Source: Anthoceros angustus
Taxonomy: Eukaryota > Plantae > Anthocerotophyta
Direction of reading: 5' to 3'
DNA: 64,000 bases
NCBI GenBank assembly: GCA_010909165.1
Contig: MU008182.1
Span: forward strand, 434,001 to 498,000
Shown here piece by piece: positions 39,736 through 51,949 of this stretch. The position numbers and the translations under genes are program-made. The notes below the pieces were generated by a model. That model worked only from the letters and a program-made list of their open reading frames with translations, was not told the DNA's origin and searched no databases. How positions within the stretch are numbered: the stretch's first letter is position 1; every line of letters begins with the position of its first letter.

Positions 39736-42700
39736 TGCTTCCGGCGTCGAATGAACTGAGATCGTGGGCGAGACGGCGCTGAGAGCTTCAGGAGATTATA
39801 GTGTTCAAGTAGCAGCCCTAAACTATTGGTTGTTCATATTTGGCACGGATAGCACAATTCGCATATACCTACATATTATTTGAAACGTCGTGCGGAAACA
39901 AAAACAAAACAAACACTTCAATTAAGTGCTTTGGAGCCTTCAATCACGCCTCTGGAACATGGCGTACTAATCCCTATGGCATACCAAAGGGGACAGAGGG
40001 GATGGGACATTTGTTTTTTCGCGATACCCATGCAAGGCGTAGGGATCTTGAGGAATATACCCTAGATTCCAGTACGGTTTCTTTTTTCACAGCACATGGT
40101 CACATGGCCGCTTTGGCGCCCTAACCAAGAGCGGCCAAGCACCAAAGGGGACACGCACGCTTTCTTCTCGAAAAGGGTGTAGGGTTCAAAATGTTTTTGT
40201 GCTTGCAACTTTCAAAACAAAGAGCCGGGACACATTGTTTTCAGTCTTGCGCCCTACCTTCTACCATAAAGTTTTCTTCCATGGTTTGCCATGGACGGCA
40301 AACCCTAACACGCCTGCCGCGCCGACCACACCAATGTGGTTGCCGAACCCTACCTCACCGGCATGGTCCGCGCAATGATGGTCGCGGCTTGGCGCCATGG
40401 TCTTCTTCATTCGAGCGGGCTCTTGCTTCTTCGGGCGGCGGATCGTTTTTAATGTTTCCAGATCATAGGCTCCCCACAAAATCACGATTCCATTGTCACA
40501 GCTGAAGACTTCGGACCGCGGGCATGTGGAGGGTTCGAAATGTTGCTAGAACATAGAAGCCGACTTCAGTTGCCTCAAGAAACCAGGTGCATGTCGCAGA
40601 CTCTGTTCGTGGTGGGATTTGGGGAATCCTGTGCTAAAATTTGTTCTACCACTCCTCCGATCCGGCTTTATGGAGTAGGATCCTTCTCGCATTTCCTCAA
40701 ATGCAGATGATGATGACAAGCAAAGGCCGATTTAGGACATGTTCAGTTCCACCGATACCTCACCAACAAAGTTTAGGTCCCTCCAACGAGCTTCACATGA
40801 AAAGGGTGTCATTCATTGATCAAAAAGGATGTCCACGCACACATGCAAAATTGCACAACTAGCATCAAACCCTATCTCCCATCATGGCCTTCCCACGGTG
40901 CATGCTTGCCCCTATGCAAAACCAAAAGCGTCACGATCCATCTCTCAAGATAAGGGATGACGACGCCCTACTTCTCCTCGTCATGCGCTTGATCATTTGC
41001 GGAGAACCTTAATTGTGCCCTCAATGGCCTCGCTGGCGTCATTCCAAGGCACATTGCTCTCGTCTGCTCGGCCGTCCCCGCCTCCAAGCAGCGCCCGGCA
41101 TTCGGCCGGGAGGCACATGGCCGCCAACTCACCGGACACTGTGGTCTCACTCGTAGTCGCGCTTCTCCCCTTGTGCTCGCCTGGAGTTGGGGGTGAGCGC
41201 ACTCCGCCTCCTTCTTCCGGCATGGCCTCCACTCGCCACCGCGGCACCGCCCGCCCCGCTGCCGCCGCCCGCAAGGAGGGACGCCGTGTCCCTACCGCCT
41301 CCTCCCTCGCTGGCCGCCGGCCCGCGCCATGGCGGCGGAGACTGTCCCCTCCGCCATGGCGCTCTTCCTCTCCGTCGCCGCCGCCGCCATCGCCAGCGCC
41401 ACCGGCACGGGGAGAGTGTCCTCCACCCTTCCGCCCGCCGCCGCGTCGCCTCCGCCCTCACCGCTCCCCGCCACCACCGCCATGCTTTTGTCCTCCATCG
41501 GTCTTCCCCGATCGAACGCGCGAGCTGGCCTTTACTCCCTCCACCCCCGCCCTTCCCCGCCTTTGTACGCTCCCAAATTTCCAATTGCCCTGCACTTGTG
41601 GTTGGCTGCCGAGGTGTCTACGGTGGCGACGGACCCCGTTTCGCACTCCGCATGTCCTCCCAGGTTGGGATTCATATCGCGCAATCCGTTCTGCCATACT
41701 CTCTGCCTGGGGCGGCCCGCAGTGGGCCGCCCAATTTACGCCCCCGCAAAACTTTCCTCGCATGCATGCAATGGCACAGGCTTCGTGCGTTGCCTACCAT
41801 ACATCGATCATTCATGGACACCAATTGTCCACCACCCCAGTTCGACCGCGGAACCACTTTGGCAACCATGACACAGACGTCCCCGGCCCCTTTGTCAACC
41901 CTTTTGGCCTACCTTTTGTTTGTAGACGTAACCGCCAACTCCTTTCCTCTTCCCATGACATTCGCAGATCAGCGTGTACTGGAGCGCCCAAACTCAGACT
42001 CTTAAAAATCACTATTCGGTTTCTCACACCAATTACATATGTATACTTTGTCCGGGTCACCCGTCTCGGTCCACGCAAACACAGGCGCAGGCTGCCACCG
42101 CCACTATTACTACCAATGCCACAATTGCACAAAGATGGCACCGCTTATAATCTCGCTGAGCAGTTTAATGGCGAAAGAAAAACTGAGCTCCCGCTAGCTC
42201 CTTCCTCATACCGTGACCACATGCATCGAAAAGTGCCAACGTCTCGCCTGGCCATCCATGGCACTCCCCGCCTCCACGACCGCCTTCCCTGCTCCGACGG
42301 CCATCCCCGCTTGGGCCACCGCCCGTCCTTTCCCGATTGCTTGCCCTTTGTCCCACCGGCTTCTCCTCCAGACCAGGCACGGCCGCCGCGGGCGGCAAAT
42401 CCCTTTCGCATCTGCCGTGTGTTGTGATTGTTAAGCTGCACTTGTATGTATTACCTTCAGCATTCCGCACCACCTCTTCGGCGTTTCCACTAGCCACTCG
42501 CGGCAAACTCTCGCTTCCATTCGAGAGGTGCGCACTTGAGCAGTTTGCCCACCGTGAGATCCATTGCCATCGCCAAGCACGCGCACCCACTGCCTCGGCT
42601 CCTTCCCTCTCCATCCATCACACTTGCGGCAGTGTTCGTCGTCCACCGCGGTTCCGCACACCGTGTATGACAAAAGCGGAGGTGTCCACTACGCATATCA

Positions 42701-43349
42701 CCTCCACACCAATCGCCGAACACTTAGGGGCAGCCCAGCGAGCCACCCGTTCTATGCACACCCGGTCGTCGCCGCTTTTCATCTCGCCCCTTAGCCATTC
42801 TTCGTTGGGCACTTCCTGCTGCTCTTGCCATGGCCATATTGGCCGTTCTACCCATCTCGCAAGTTCGGATTGGCTTCCAACTCACCGCCGTTGTGGAACC
42901 CACGGACGGGTTCTTGTTGCCGTTCCAGCTTGTTCGAACTCAACCTTCACAACAATTTGTCATGTACCTGCCCAACCACGTGGGGTGCAGTGATAGTGTC
43001 TCCGCATACATTCGGGCTATTCCAGGTGATTTATACACCACCCGATCCCCGTATATCCTTTTGCCATGGCGGAAATCGCATTGGAAATGCCGCAGGTAAC
43101 CTACCCTCATCACAAAGCTATGGCAACCTGCAGTTCCCTGCAGTAAAAACCTAGTTAACAAGCCCATACAGGCTTTGCTCGTCTGCACTTTGATTCAAAG
43201 ATGCAACAACCCAAATGCGATCATACAGAGAATAGCATCTCACACCGTCGCTTCGCCATAGGCCAAGGATTTTTGTCCACGATGCATGCAAACATTGCCA
43301 TTGGGCTAGGATAGCGGAGGGAAAAACCGGAAACCAACTTCGCAAGCAC

Positions 43350-44060
43350 CATGTTGGTTTTTCACGTTATTCCTACATATATAGACATATATGATATAAC
43401 TATTTTCAAAGACCAGGTCATGAACAATGACTTCTACCATAGGCCAAGGACCCTTTTCAATGATGCATCGAAAGAAAATTCCATTGGCGAAGCATACAAA
43501 AGGGAAAAAATAGAAGGCAATTTTTCAATGCATCCTAGAAAAAGTTCATTCGCCATGGGCCAAGGAACTTTGTCGAGGATGCATGGAAAAATACTGCATG
43601 AGAAGAAGATGAAAAGGAACACAACTTCACACATAACATGCAGGTTTACGGTGTTATTCCTGCATATATAGACATACATAATATACCTCAGTTCAAAGAC
43701 GAAGACATTAATAGTCACATGTACCAAAGGCCAAGGACCCTTTTCCCAGATGCATGGAAAGAAAAACCCATTCGCGAAGCATACAAAAGGGCAAACAAAA
43801 CGGCAATTTTCCAATGCATCCTTCACAAAGATCCTTCGCCATAGGCCAAGGAACTTTGTCGAGGATGCATGGAAAAATTGCCTTGTGCGAAGGACAGAGG
43901 AAGGAAAAACCTGACCACAACTTGTCCAGCAGCATGTTGGGTTTCCTCCTTATTCCTACATATATAGCCATATATGATATACCTACCTTTCTATGATGCA
44001 GGCATGATCTGTCACTCCTACTATAGGCACTCCTACTATAGGCCAAAGGCCAAGGAACTA
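43350..44060. repeat. About 290-bp tandem repeat, roughly 2.3 copies
   Basis: ttattcctRcatatatagMcata at about 43367, 43654 and 43950; ggccaaggaactttgtcgaggatgcatggaaaa occurs twice. Confidence 0.75.
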
Positions 44061-44234
44061 GACATATATGTCATTTAGGTCTATATATGCAGGAATATAG
44101 GCATATGTGGACATGCTTTCACAGGCCCACGTCCCTTCGCCATAGACCAAGGATGTTTTACCTTTAATTCTACTATAGCATCCAACTACTGCCACGCACA
44201 TATGGGAAGGGCATGCCTAGTTGCAGTATATGTT

Positions 44235-44735
44235 CCACTATCTTCCTTGGCCTTTGCCATGGAACCATCATGTATGATGTTTCCTTCTTTCAAATATCCC
44301 AAAGGCCAAGGATGTCATTTCTGCTGTAGTATATGTCTCACTATCTTCCTTGGCCTTTGCCATCGGAACATCATGCATGATGTTTCGATCATTCATATAT
44401 CCCAAAGGCCAAGGATGTCATGTCTTGTGTACTATATGAACCACTAACTTCCTTGGCCTATGGCGATTGGAACATCATGCATGATGTTCCCTTCTTTCCA
44501 CTATCCCAAAGGCCAAGGATGTCATGTCTTCTATTGTATATGTCTCCCACCTTTTCCTTGGGTTTTTGCTTAGCCTGAACATCATGTATGATGTTCCTTC
44601 TTCAACATCCCAAAGGCCAAGGATGTCTTGTGTAGTGTACTATATGTACTCATCTTCCATCTCTTCGCCATACCTGGGGGCAAACATCATGCATGATGTT
44701 TCCTTCATTCAAATATCCCAAAGGCCGAGGATGCT
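44235..44735. repeat. About 105-bp tandem repeat x5, each unit quasi-palindromic
   Basis: Unit = tccttggcctttg ... aacatcatgcatgatgtt ... caaaggccaagga. Confidence 0.8.
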
Positions 44736-46321
44736 CGTAGTCTCGTAAATACCATAATATTCGTATACACCGTCGAATAAGCGTGAAGCTTGCTTTTCCA
44801 ATGAATATATGGTAACCTGCTGAGGAACATGGGCACGAAACTGCTCTCGCTGTTCACCGCTCTACAAAAATGTGATGTTTTAAAAGTACTGCTGATGTGT
44901 GATGTAATGGCGGGGAACATGCCATGAGTTGGGCTGAAAAGGATATACCCTCCGGTAGGCACATATTTTACCATTTTGAAATAATGCCCTGTGAGCTACT
45001 GATTCCCTTTGGGGTTAGGAAATAAGTTGGTTTTGTTTTTTCGGTGAGGTCCGGCGGTCAAATAAAGGCGGAAAAGGAGGAATAAGCACGGGGACGCTGC
45101 TCCGGATCGGCATGCTCGAGTGTACTTCCCGGACTCCGGAGAGGTAACGGACCCGTGCCATCACTACGACCAGGCCACTGGACCTTGTGACCAAGGGTAT
45201 CGGGATAAGTCCCGACCCCACTCCGGTCAAAAACTGTGATAAGGGACGCCAGGGGAAAAGTAACCAGAAGTTGAGTCGTGAGTCCACGTACGGAGGGCGG
45301 CCGACGTGGACGGCCTGGCCAATGGAAGAAGGCGGCTAGGCTAGCAGTAGGACGACATGCCCAGCCGGAGCACCTGGAGGAGAAGCACGGTGCCCGGCTC
45401 ATGTGAAGAGGCGATTGAAGTCGATTCACTCGCCTACTACCACGAGCTCCTCAAGGCTGGAGGTCCTGCACCACCCTAGGCGGGAGGTGGACCCCAAAAG
45501 GTCGGAAGGAGGTGCAAGGAGGGCGGACCCGGGGCCACGCCCACAGGAGCCCTAGGGCCAGCTTTGACGACGGCAGCAGCAGCGAGGAGGCGGAAGGAGC
45601 CGGGAGCGGAAGGGTCGCTACGGGAGGTAAGCACTCGGCCCCCGTGGAAGGAAGGGAGGCGGATCTTGGGAGGCTACGAAAGACCGCAACCGGGCATTCG
45701 GGAACCTGTGGAGGGCTCGGTGGATGAGCTGCGATGACCGGCGAGAGGCGAGGAGCACAGGTCGGGACTTTGTCCGGACTCACGAGGAAGGGCCGAGTCC
45801 AAGCCTCAAGGAGTTTGGACTTAGAGATCCAAACTCTAGTGACGAGTCCGGACCGAGGTCCGGACCTGAAGGGTCGAGTCCGACCCCGAGGCAAGTCGGA
45901 CCGAGGTCCGGACAAAGAAGGCCGGACAGGAGACCGGACCCCGGAGGGAAGGCGGACCTAGAGGTCCGGACTCGAGTCGGGGACGGGTCCCGAGGTCGAA
46001 CTAAGTGGGAGAGCCACCAATCACCAGCCCAGCCAGATCCACCTGGAGGCCCATTGCAGGGCCGCGGAGAGATAAGAGAGGAGGCGAGGAGGACTTAGTG
46101 GTGACCGCCGTTGTCGGGCCGCCCACGGTGGCCCACACAGACCCTCGGGAAGAGGAAGGGCCCGCCTCTGATCATCCGATTGGGTGCGCCATCAGCAGGC
46201 TCGGCTTTGGGCCGGTGCCAAGAAGAGGCCATATCCTGCACACGGCCGATAGGAGGAATAGGGAGGATAGTAGGCGGCGGTTAGGGCCCAGGCTGGTCCT
46301 CGGTTGAGTATAGAGGTGTAA

Positions 46322-49300
46322 TAAAGGCGCCTTTGGCGTAATATAAGAGGGTGAGGCCTCAATAAATCATCTTCTCTTGGTGTTGATGTTTTCTTGCAGA
46401 CCTTGTGTGTCTTCATGCTAACGTGAGTCTGATCCGGCGGCGGGCTGGAGAGGCGATCGAGTCAGTGGCGGACCCTAACGTGTGGTGGTGTGTGCGGGGA
46501 AGAGCGATCGGGGACCCTTGTTTGTCAGCGGCCGGCCACGAGCGTGTGAAGCCGGAGGAACTCGGGAGGCGTCTGAGCCGGACGAGGCCCGGTTGAGCGA
46601 CGGAGGAGGTCCGGACGTAGCCACTTGCGTTCTTTCCCAAAGTTGATGAGTGTAGTAAGAGTGGTGAGAGGCGGACTAGAGAGCGAGTGGCGTGCGTGAA
46701 ACGTCTGGACGCAACGGATCTTAAACGCTTTGGCCACATCCGGGCTGTTGAACGTGGAGTAGTTAGGCGAAAGCGACGATTGTGTGTGTTAAATGAGCGG
46801 TCACAAAGTAAGGTGAGAATCGATCGAAACGCGCCAAACGGAGCTTATCATTCTCTTGGGAACGGACTCCTTACTACAACGACACGGGATTGTGCACGCC
46901 CTGCTGACCGTCAGCAAAAGTCGCGCCACATGCCCATACATGACACTCTGTTGGTGGCAGCGAAGAGGCCACGGGATAGGCCTTTTGCTATTCATTCAGT
47001 ACATAAAGGGTATATGGTTTTGGAAAAACGGTTTTGAGGGGTGTAATAAGTATTGGAGATGACAATGGAAATTCAACATGCGGTGAGAGTCCTTGTTTCC
47101 ATCTTCCCGAAATCATGGAATGCAATTGCCGCTTGCATGCGTGTGGTGTGTGTTTTGTACTTGTCGAGTCCCACCTTCTTCATGGATTAGTGCTATCAAA
47201 GGAAAACGATAAGGGAATTTTAAACCAAACTAATCATCTATCACTTTTCTTTTTACTCTCATTTCAATCCACATTATCTATTCCGTACACAATAGGAAAA
47301 GCTTACCTTTAAAGCCTACACAATAGGGAAAGTTGTTTAAAGGGCGCCGGCATGCCGGCGCCTTAAAAGAAGACTTGAACCCAAGACCTCTTGTTTTTAA
47401 CTTTCGGGCGATAACACTTCATTAACTTTTTTGCACACAATGGATTGGAAGCACAAATTATATGTTGAAGTAAGGGCGCCGGCATGTCGGCGCCCTCATG
47501 CCCTCATTCTTCTTCTTCTTCTTCTTCATGCCCTTATGCTCCTCCATGCTCCTTGTTTTTAATAGCCAGTCCGGAGAAGCCATCACGGTTCAGGTGGTTT
47601 CTTAGCCACTAGCCTAGGGTGTCTAACGATGTTGAGTCGGAGAAGCCATTACAGTTAGGTAGTTTCTCGTGAAGGAGGTGTTTTGTCCGGCGTCCACCAT
47701 TCATTGCCAAAGGCCATGAATCTTGCCGCATGCGCCAAGGCACGTAACGTTTGGGCATGACTTGGGCGCCGACATGCGCGCCTAGGTGTGTCACTTACGG
47801 CGTGTTTAGGGTCTTCGGTGAATCGCATTTCAATGCCCATCGAAAACCCGTTTGGCGTATATTCACGTCAAAGTCGCTTGATGTATATTCACCGCTTAAA
47901 ATATTATGTTGTTCTTCCTTCCTCCTTCCCCGATTTTCCATATTCGCTTGGGGGCGCGCATATTTTCTCACACCATTGGGTGCGCATGTGATGTGGGAAG
48001 GGCGCGCATGCTGTGTGGGAAGTTGGGGCGTATCTTGAGGTAGCACGGGGCGGGCATCTTGGCGCCCCTGGTGAACCCCAGGCCCTATTGGAGGGCATGC
48101 GTGAAGTCCCTCTCCCATTAATCTTCGACAAACAACTTTGTTTTTGTGCAACAACAAAGACATTGAAGTCCTCACCAAGTACCACAAACTTTCAACATTT
48201 TATTTATGAGGTCAACACATGGAAGGGCTTGAAGGATGAGCAGAGCTCGCGAGATAGGGACATAGAAGAGGACGGTTGCAATTCAACATCCATCGGAGAA
48301 AAAGTGCGATCAGTTCATGCTCGAGATGTCCAGGATATGCGAGGTTTTGTGAGGAAGAGGAGGTACTCTTTGCTTGTGATGGATGTCCCGTGGATTCGAC
48401 AAGGGCCCTAAGGATGGAAGGTTTGATGCTTGGCAAGTGGGTAATGTTTTGCATTCCTTCCAATACTTATCACGAATGCATTTCGGGATGATCATAATGC
48501 ATGGTGTGGAAGATTCACATATTGTGCGAGTCCTTGTTTCCATCTTCCCGAAATCATGGAATGCAATTGCCGTTTGCATGCGTGTGGTGTGTGTTTTGTA
48601 CTTGTCGAGTCCCACCTTCTTCATGGATTAGTGCTATCAAAGGGAAAACAGATAAGGGAATTTTAAACCAAACTAATCATCTATCACTTTTACTGTACTC
48701 TCATTTCAATCCACATTATCTATTCCGTACACAATAGGAAAAGCTTACCTTTAAAGCCTACACAATAGGGAAAGTTGTTTAAAGGCGCCTTTGGCGTAAT
48801 ATAAGAGGGTGCCTCAATAAATCATCTTCTCTTGGTGTTGATGCGCGTTTTCTTGCGACCTTTGTGTGTCTTCATGCTAACGTGAGTCTGATCCGGCGGC
48901 GGGCTGGAGAGGCGATCGAGTCAGTGGCGGACCCTAACGTGTGGTGGTGTGTGCGGGGAAGAGCGATCGGGGACCCTTGTTTGTCAGCGGCCGGCCACGA
49001 GCGTGTGAAGCCGGAGGAACTCGGGAGGCGTCTGAGCCGGACGGAGGCCCGGTTGAGCGACGGAGGAGGTCCGGACTGTGTAGCCACTTGCGTTCTTTCC
49101 CAAAGTTGATGAGTGTAGTAAGAGTGGTGAGAGGAACGGACTAGAGGAACGAGTGACGTGCGTGAACGATACGGACGCAAACGGATCCTTAAACGTTTGG
49201 CCACATCGGGCTGTTGAACGTGGAGTAGTTAGGCGAAACGACGATTGTGTGTGTTAAATGGCGGTCACAAAGTAAGGTGAGAATCGATCGAAGCAGCGGA

Positions 49301-51030
49301 GCTTATCATTCTCTTGGGAACGGACTCCTTACTACAACGCCGGGATTGTGCACGCCTGCGGCCGTCGGCAAAAGTCGCGCCACATGCCCATACATGACAC
49401 TTTTCTGTTGGTGGCGCGAAGGCGCGGGATAGGCCTTTGCTATTCATTCAAGACATAAGGGTATATGGTTTTGGAAAACGGTTTTGAGGGGTGTAATAAG
49501 TATTGGAGATGACAATGGAAATTCAACATGCGGTGAGAGTCCTTGTTTCCATCTTCCCGAAATCATGGAATGCAATTGCCGCTTGCATGCGTGTGGTGTG
49601 TGTTTTGTACTTGTCGAGTCCCACCTTCTTCATGGATTAGTGCTATCAAAGGAAAACGATAAGGGAATTTTAAACCAAACTAATCATCTATCACTTTTCT
49701 TTTTACTCTCATTTCAATCCACATTATCTATTATACACAATAGGAAAAGCTTACCTTTAAAGCCTACACAATAGGAAAGTTGTTTAAAGGCGCCCGGCAT
49801 GCGCCTTTAAAAGAAGACTTGAACCCAAGACCTCTTGTTTTAACTTTCGGGCGATAACACTTCATTAACTTTTTGCACACAATGGATTGGAAGCACAAAT
49901 TATATGTTGAAGTGAGGCGTGCATGCGCCGCCTCATGCCCTCATTCTTCTTCTTCTTCTTCTTCATGCCCTTATGCTCCTCCATGCTCCTTGTTTTTAAT
50001 AGCCATCCGAGAAGCCATCACGGTTCGGTGGTTTCTTAGCCACTAGCCTAGGGTGTCTAACCGATGTTGAGCACCCAGAAGCCATTACAGTTGGTAGTTT
50101 CTCGTGAAGGAGGTGTTTGTCCGACGTCCACCATTCATTGCCAAAGGCCATGAATCTTGGACGCCGGCATGCCGGCGCCCAAGGCACGTAACGTTTGGGC
50201 ATGACTTGGGCGCCGACATGCCGGCGCCTAGGTGTGTCACTTACGGCGTGTTTAGGGTCTTCAGCAGCTGAATACGCATTTCAATGCCCATCGAAAACCC
50301 CGTTTCGCGTATATTCACGTCAAAAGCTGCTTGATGTATATTCAGCCGCTTAAAATATTATGTTGTTCTTCCTTCCTCCTTCCCCACGCCCGATTTTCCA
50401 TATTCCCGCTTGGGGGCGCCCGGCATGCGCCCGCTCACCATTGGGTGCGCCCGGCATGTGATGTGGGAAGGCGCCCGGCATGCGCCTGTGTGGGAAGTTG
50501 GGCGTCTATCTTGAGGTAGCGAGGGAGGGCATGCCGGCGCCTTACCTGGATCAACCCTGAGGCCCTATTGCAGGGAGGGCATGCCGGCGAAGTCCCTCTC
50601 CCATTAATACTGACAAACAACCTGTTTTTTGTGCAGCAACAAAAAGACATTGAAGTCCTCACCAAGTACCCTGAAAACTTTCAACATTTTATTTATGAGG
50701 TCAACACATGGAAGGGCTTGGAGGATTAGCAACGGGAGCTCGCAGATAGGGACATAGAAGAGGGACGGTTGTAATTCACTGTCCCACAATCGGAGAAAAA
50801 GTGCAGTATCAGATTCATGCTCGAGATGTCCAGGATATGCGAGGTTTTGTGAGGAAGAGGAGGTACTCTTTGCTTGTGATGGATGTCCCACGTGGATTCG
50901 ACAAGGGTCCCTAAGGATGGAAGGTTTGATGCTTGGCAAGTGGGTAATGTTTTGCATTCCTTCCAATACTTAACTGAATGCGAGCATTTCAGGATGATCA
51001 TAATGCATGGTGTGGAAGATTCACATATTG
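46322..51030. repeat. About 2.46-kb mosaic tandem duplication (A-B-C-B-A-B-C)
   Basis: taaaggcgcctttggcgtaatataagaggg at 46322 and 48780. Block B (agtccttgtttccatcttcccg...) at about 47087, 48529 and 49537. Confidence 0.85.
48150..48525 (+). pseudogene. Truncated amino-MTase fragment (copy 2a, motif IV region only)
   Basis: FQHFIYEVNTWKGL..RRYSLLVMDVP; near-identical to 50640-51030. Confidence 0.75.
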
Positions 51031-51944
51031 TGCAGGAGCCTATGCGGAAGTGGTGCCAGAGGCGTGGACTTGTTTCATTTGTGTGGGACAAGACAAATGT
51101 CAACAACGACAAGTTAAGGGTGGGTTCGATACGGTGGAGTATGTCATTGTCGGTTGGGGTTTGAAGAAAAGCTCTGAGTTGCAGCGGGCTGCCATGTTAC
51201 TTGCAGGGCACTTTCAATGATGGTCGGTCGGTGATTGCCCAACATACTGTTGTGAAAAAGCTGGTATACCATTCACTTGACAAACTTGTTGTCCGCCTCA
51301 CCCCTCTTTTAGGTTTGATGATGAAGCTTATCAAGACATTCTCCAAGGAAGGGGAATGGATATTGGATGCATGTGCAGGTAGCGGTACATCTTTGATGGA
51401 TGCCTTGTTGTCTGGCCGCAATTGTCTTTCTATCGAGGGAGACAAGAGATGTGCAGAATTCATTCCACAACATGTACATGGATATGAAGTACTGCCGGAT
51501 GCGGAGGAGGAGCTGACACACGAGCCGCATCGTCAAGGTCCATCTCAATTCTGGGCCAAGGAGGTTTGCGTGAGCGAGAAGGATTTTGGGAAGGCTCAAA
51601 TTGTGCCCCTAGGGTCGAAGAGAATGAAAGAAAGGACTGGAGACCCTCTCGATGAGGGGCAACAGACACTGGACGCTATATGTCACTCAAGTACCGCTGA
51701 AGTTGACGGGAAGGAAGATGATGACGCCCAGGCGATGATGGATGTTGACACTTTCGGAGAGGCAGACAAAGAACGTTTTAGAAACATGACCTTAGTTCCC
51801 GATAGTGTAGCCGGGCCACCAACAGTCCTACAAGAGGACCTGGTGCTGGCGACTAAGTTTTTGATGTGGCCAATGGAGAAGCACAATGAAAACGCAGAAC
51901 AACTGTATTGGCTCCACCCACATGAGAATTTGGGGTCTCTGTGA
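50640..51944 (+). pseudogene. Beta-class amino-MTase (copy 2b; ParB-like part absent)
   Basis: YSLLVMDVPRGF (~50879), FVWDKTNVN..DTVEYVIVG, LGLMMKLIKTFSKEGEWILDACAGSGTSLMDALLSGRNCLSIEGD (motifs X, I and II; LDACAGSGT at 51363-51389). Confidence 0.85.
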
Positions 51945-51949
51945 ATTTG

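Noticed and set aside
40997-42427. 476-aa Pro-rich ORF and overlapping ORFs
   Set aside because: GC-rich low-complexity DNA that is open in several frames, with no recognisable domain.
45010-46320. GTCCGGAC-rich block as a defined element
   Set aside because: It looks like retroelement UTR/LTR repeat DNA, but I could not find ends, a PBS or coding motifs.
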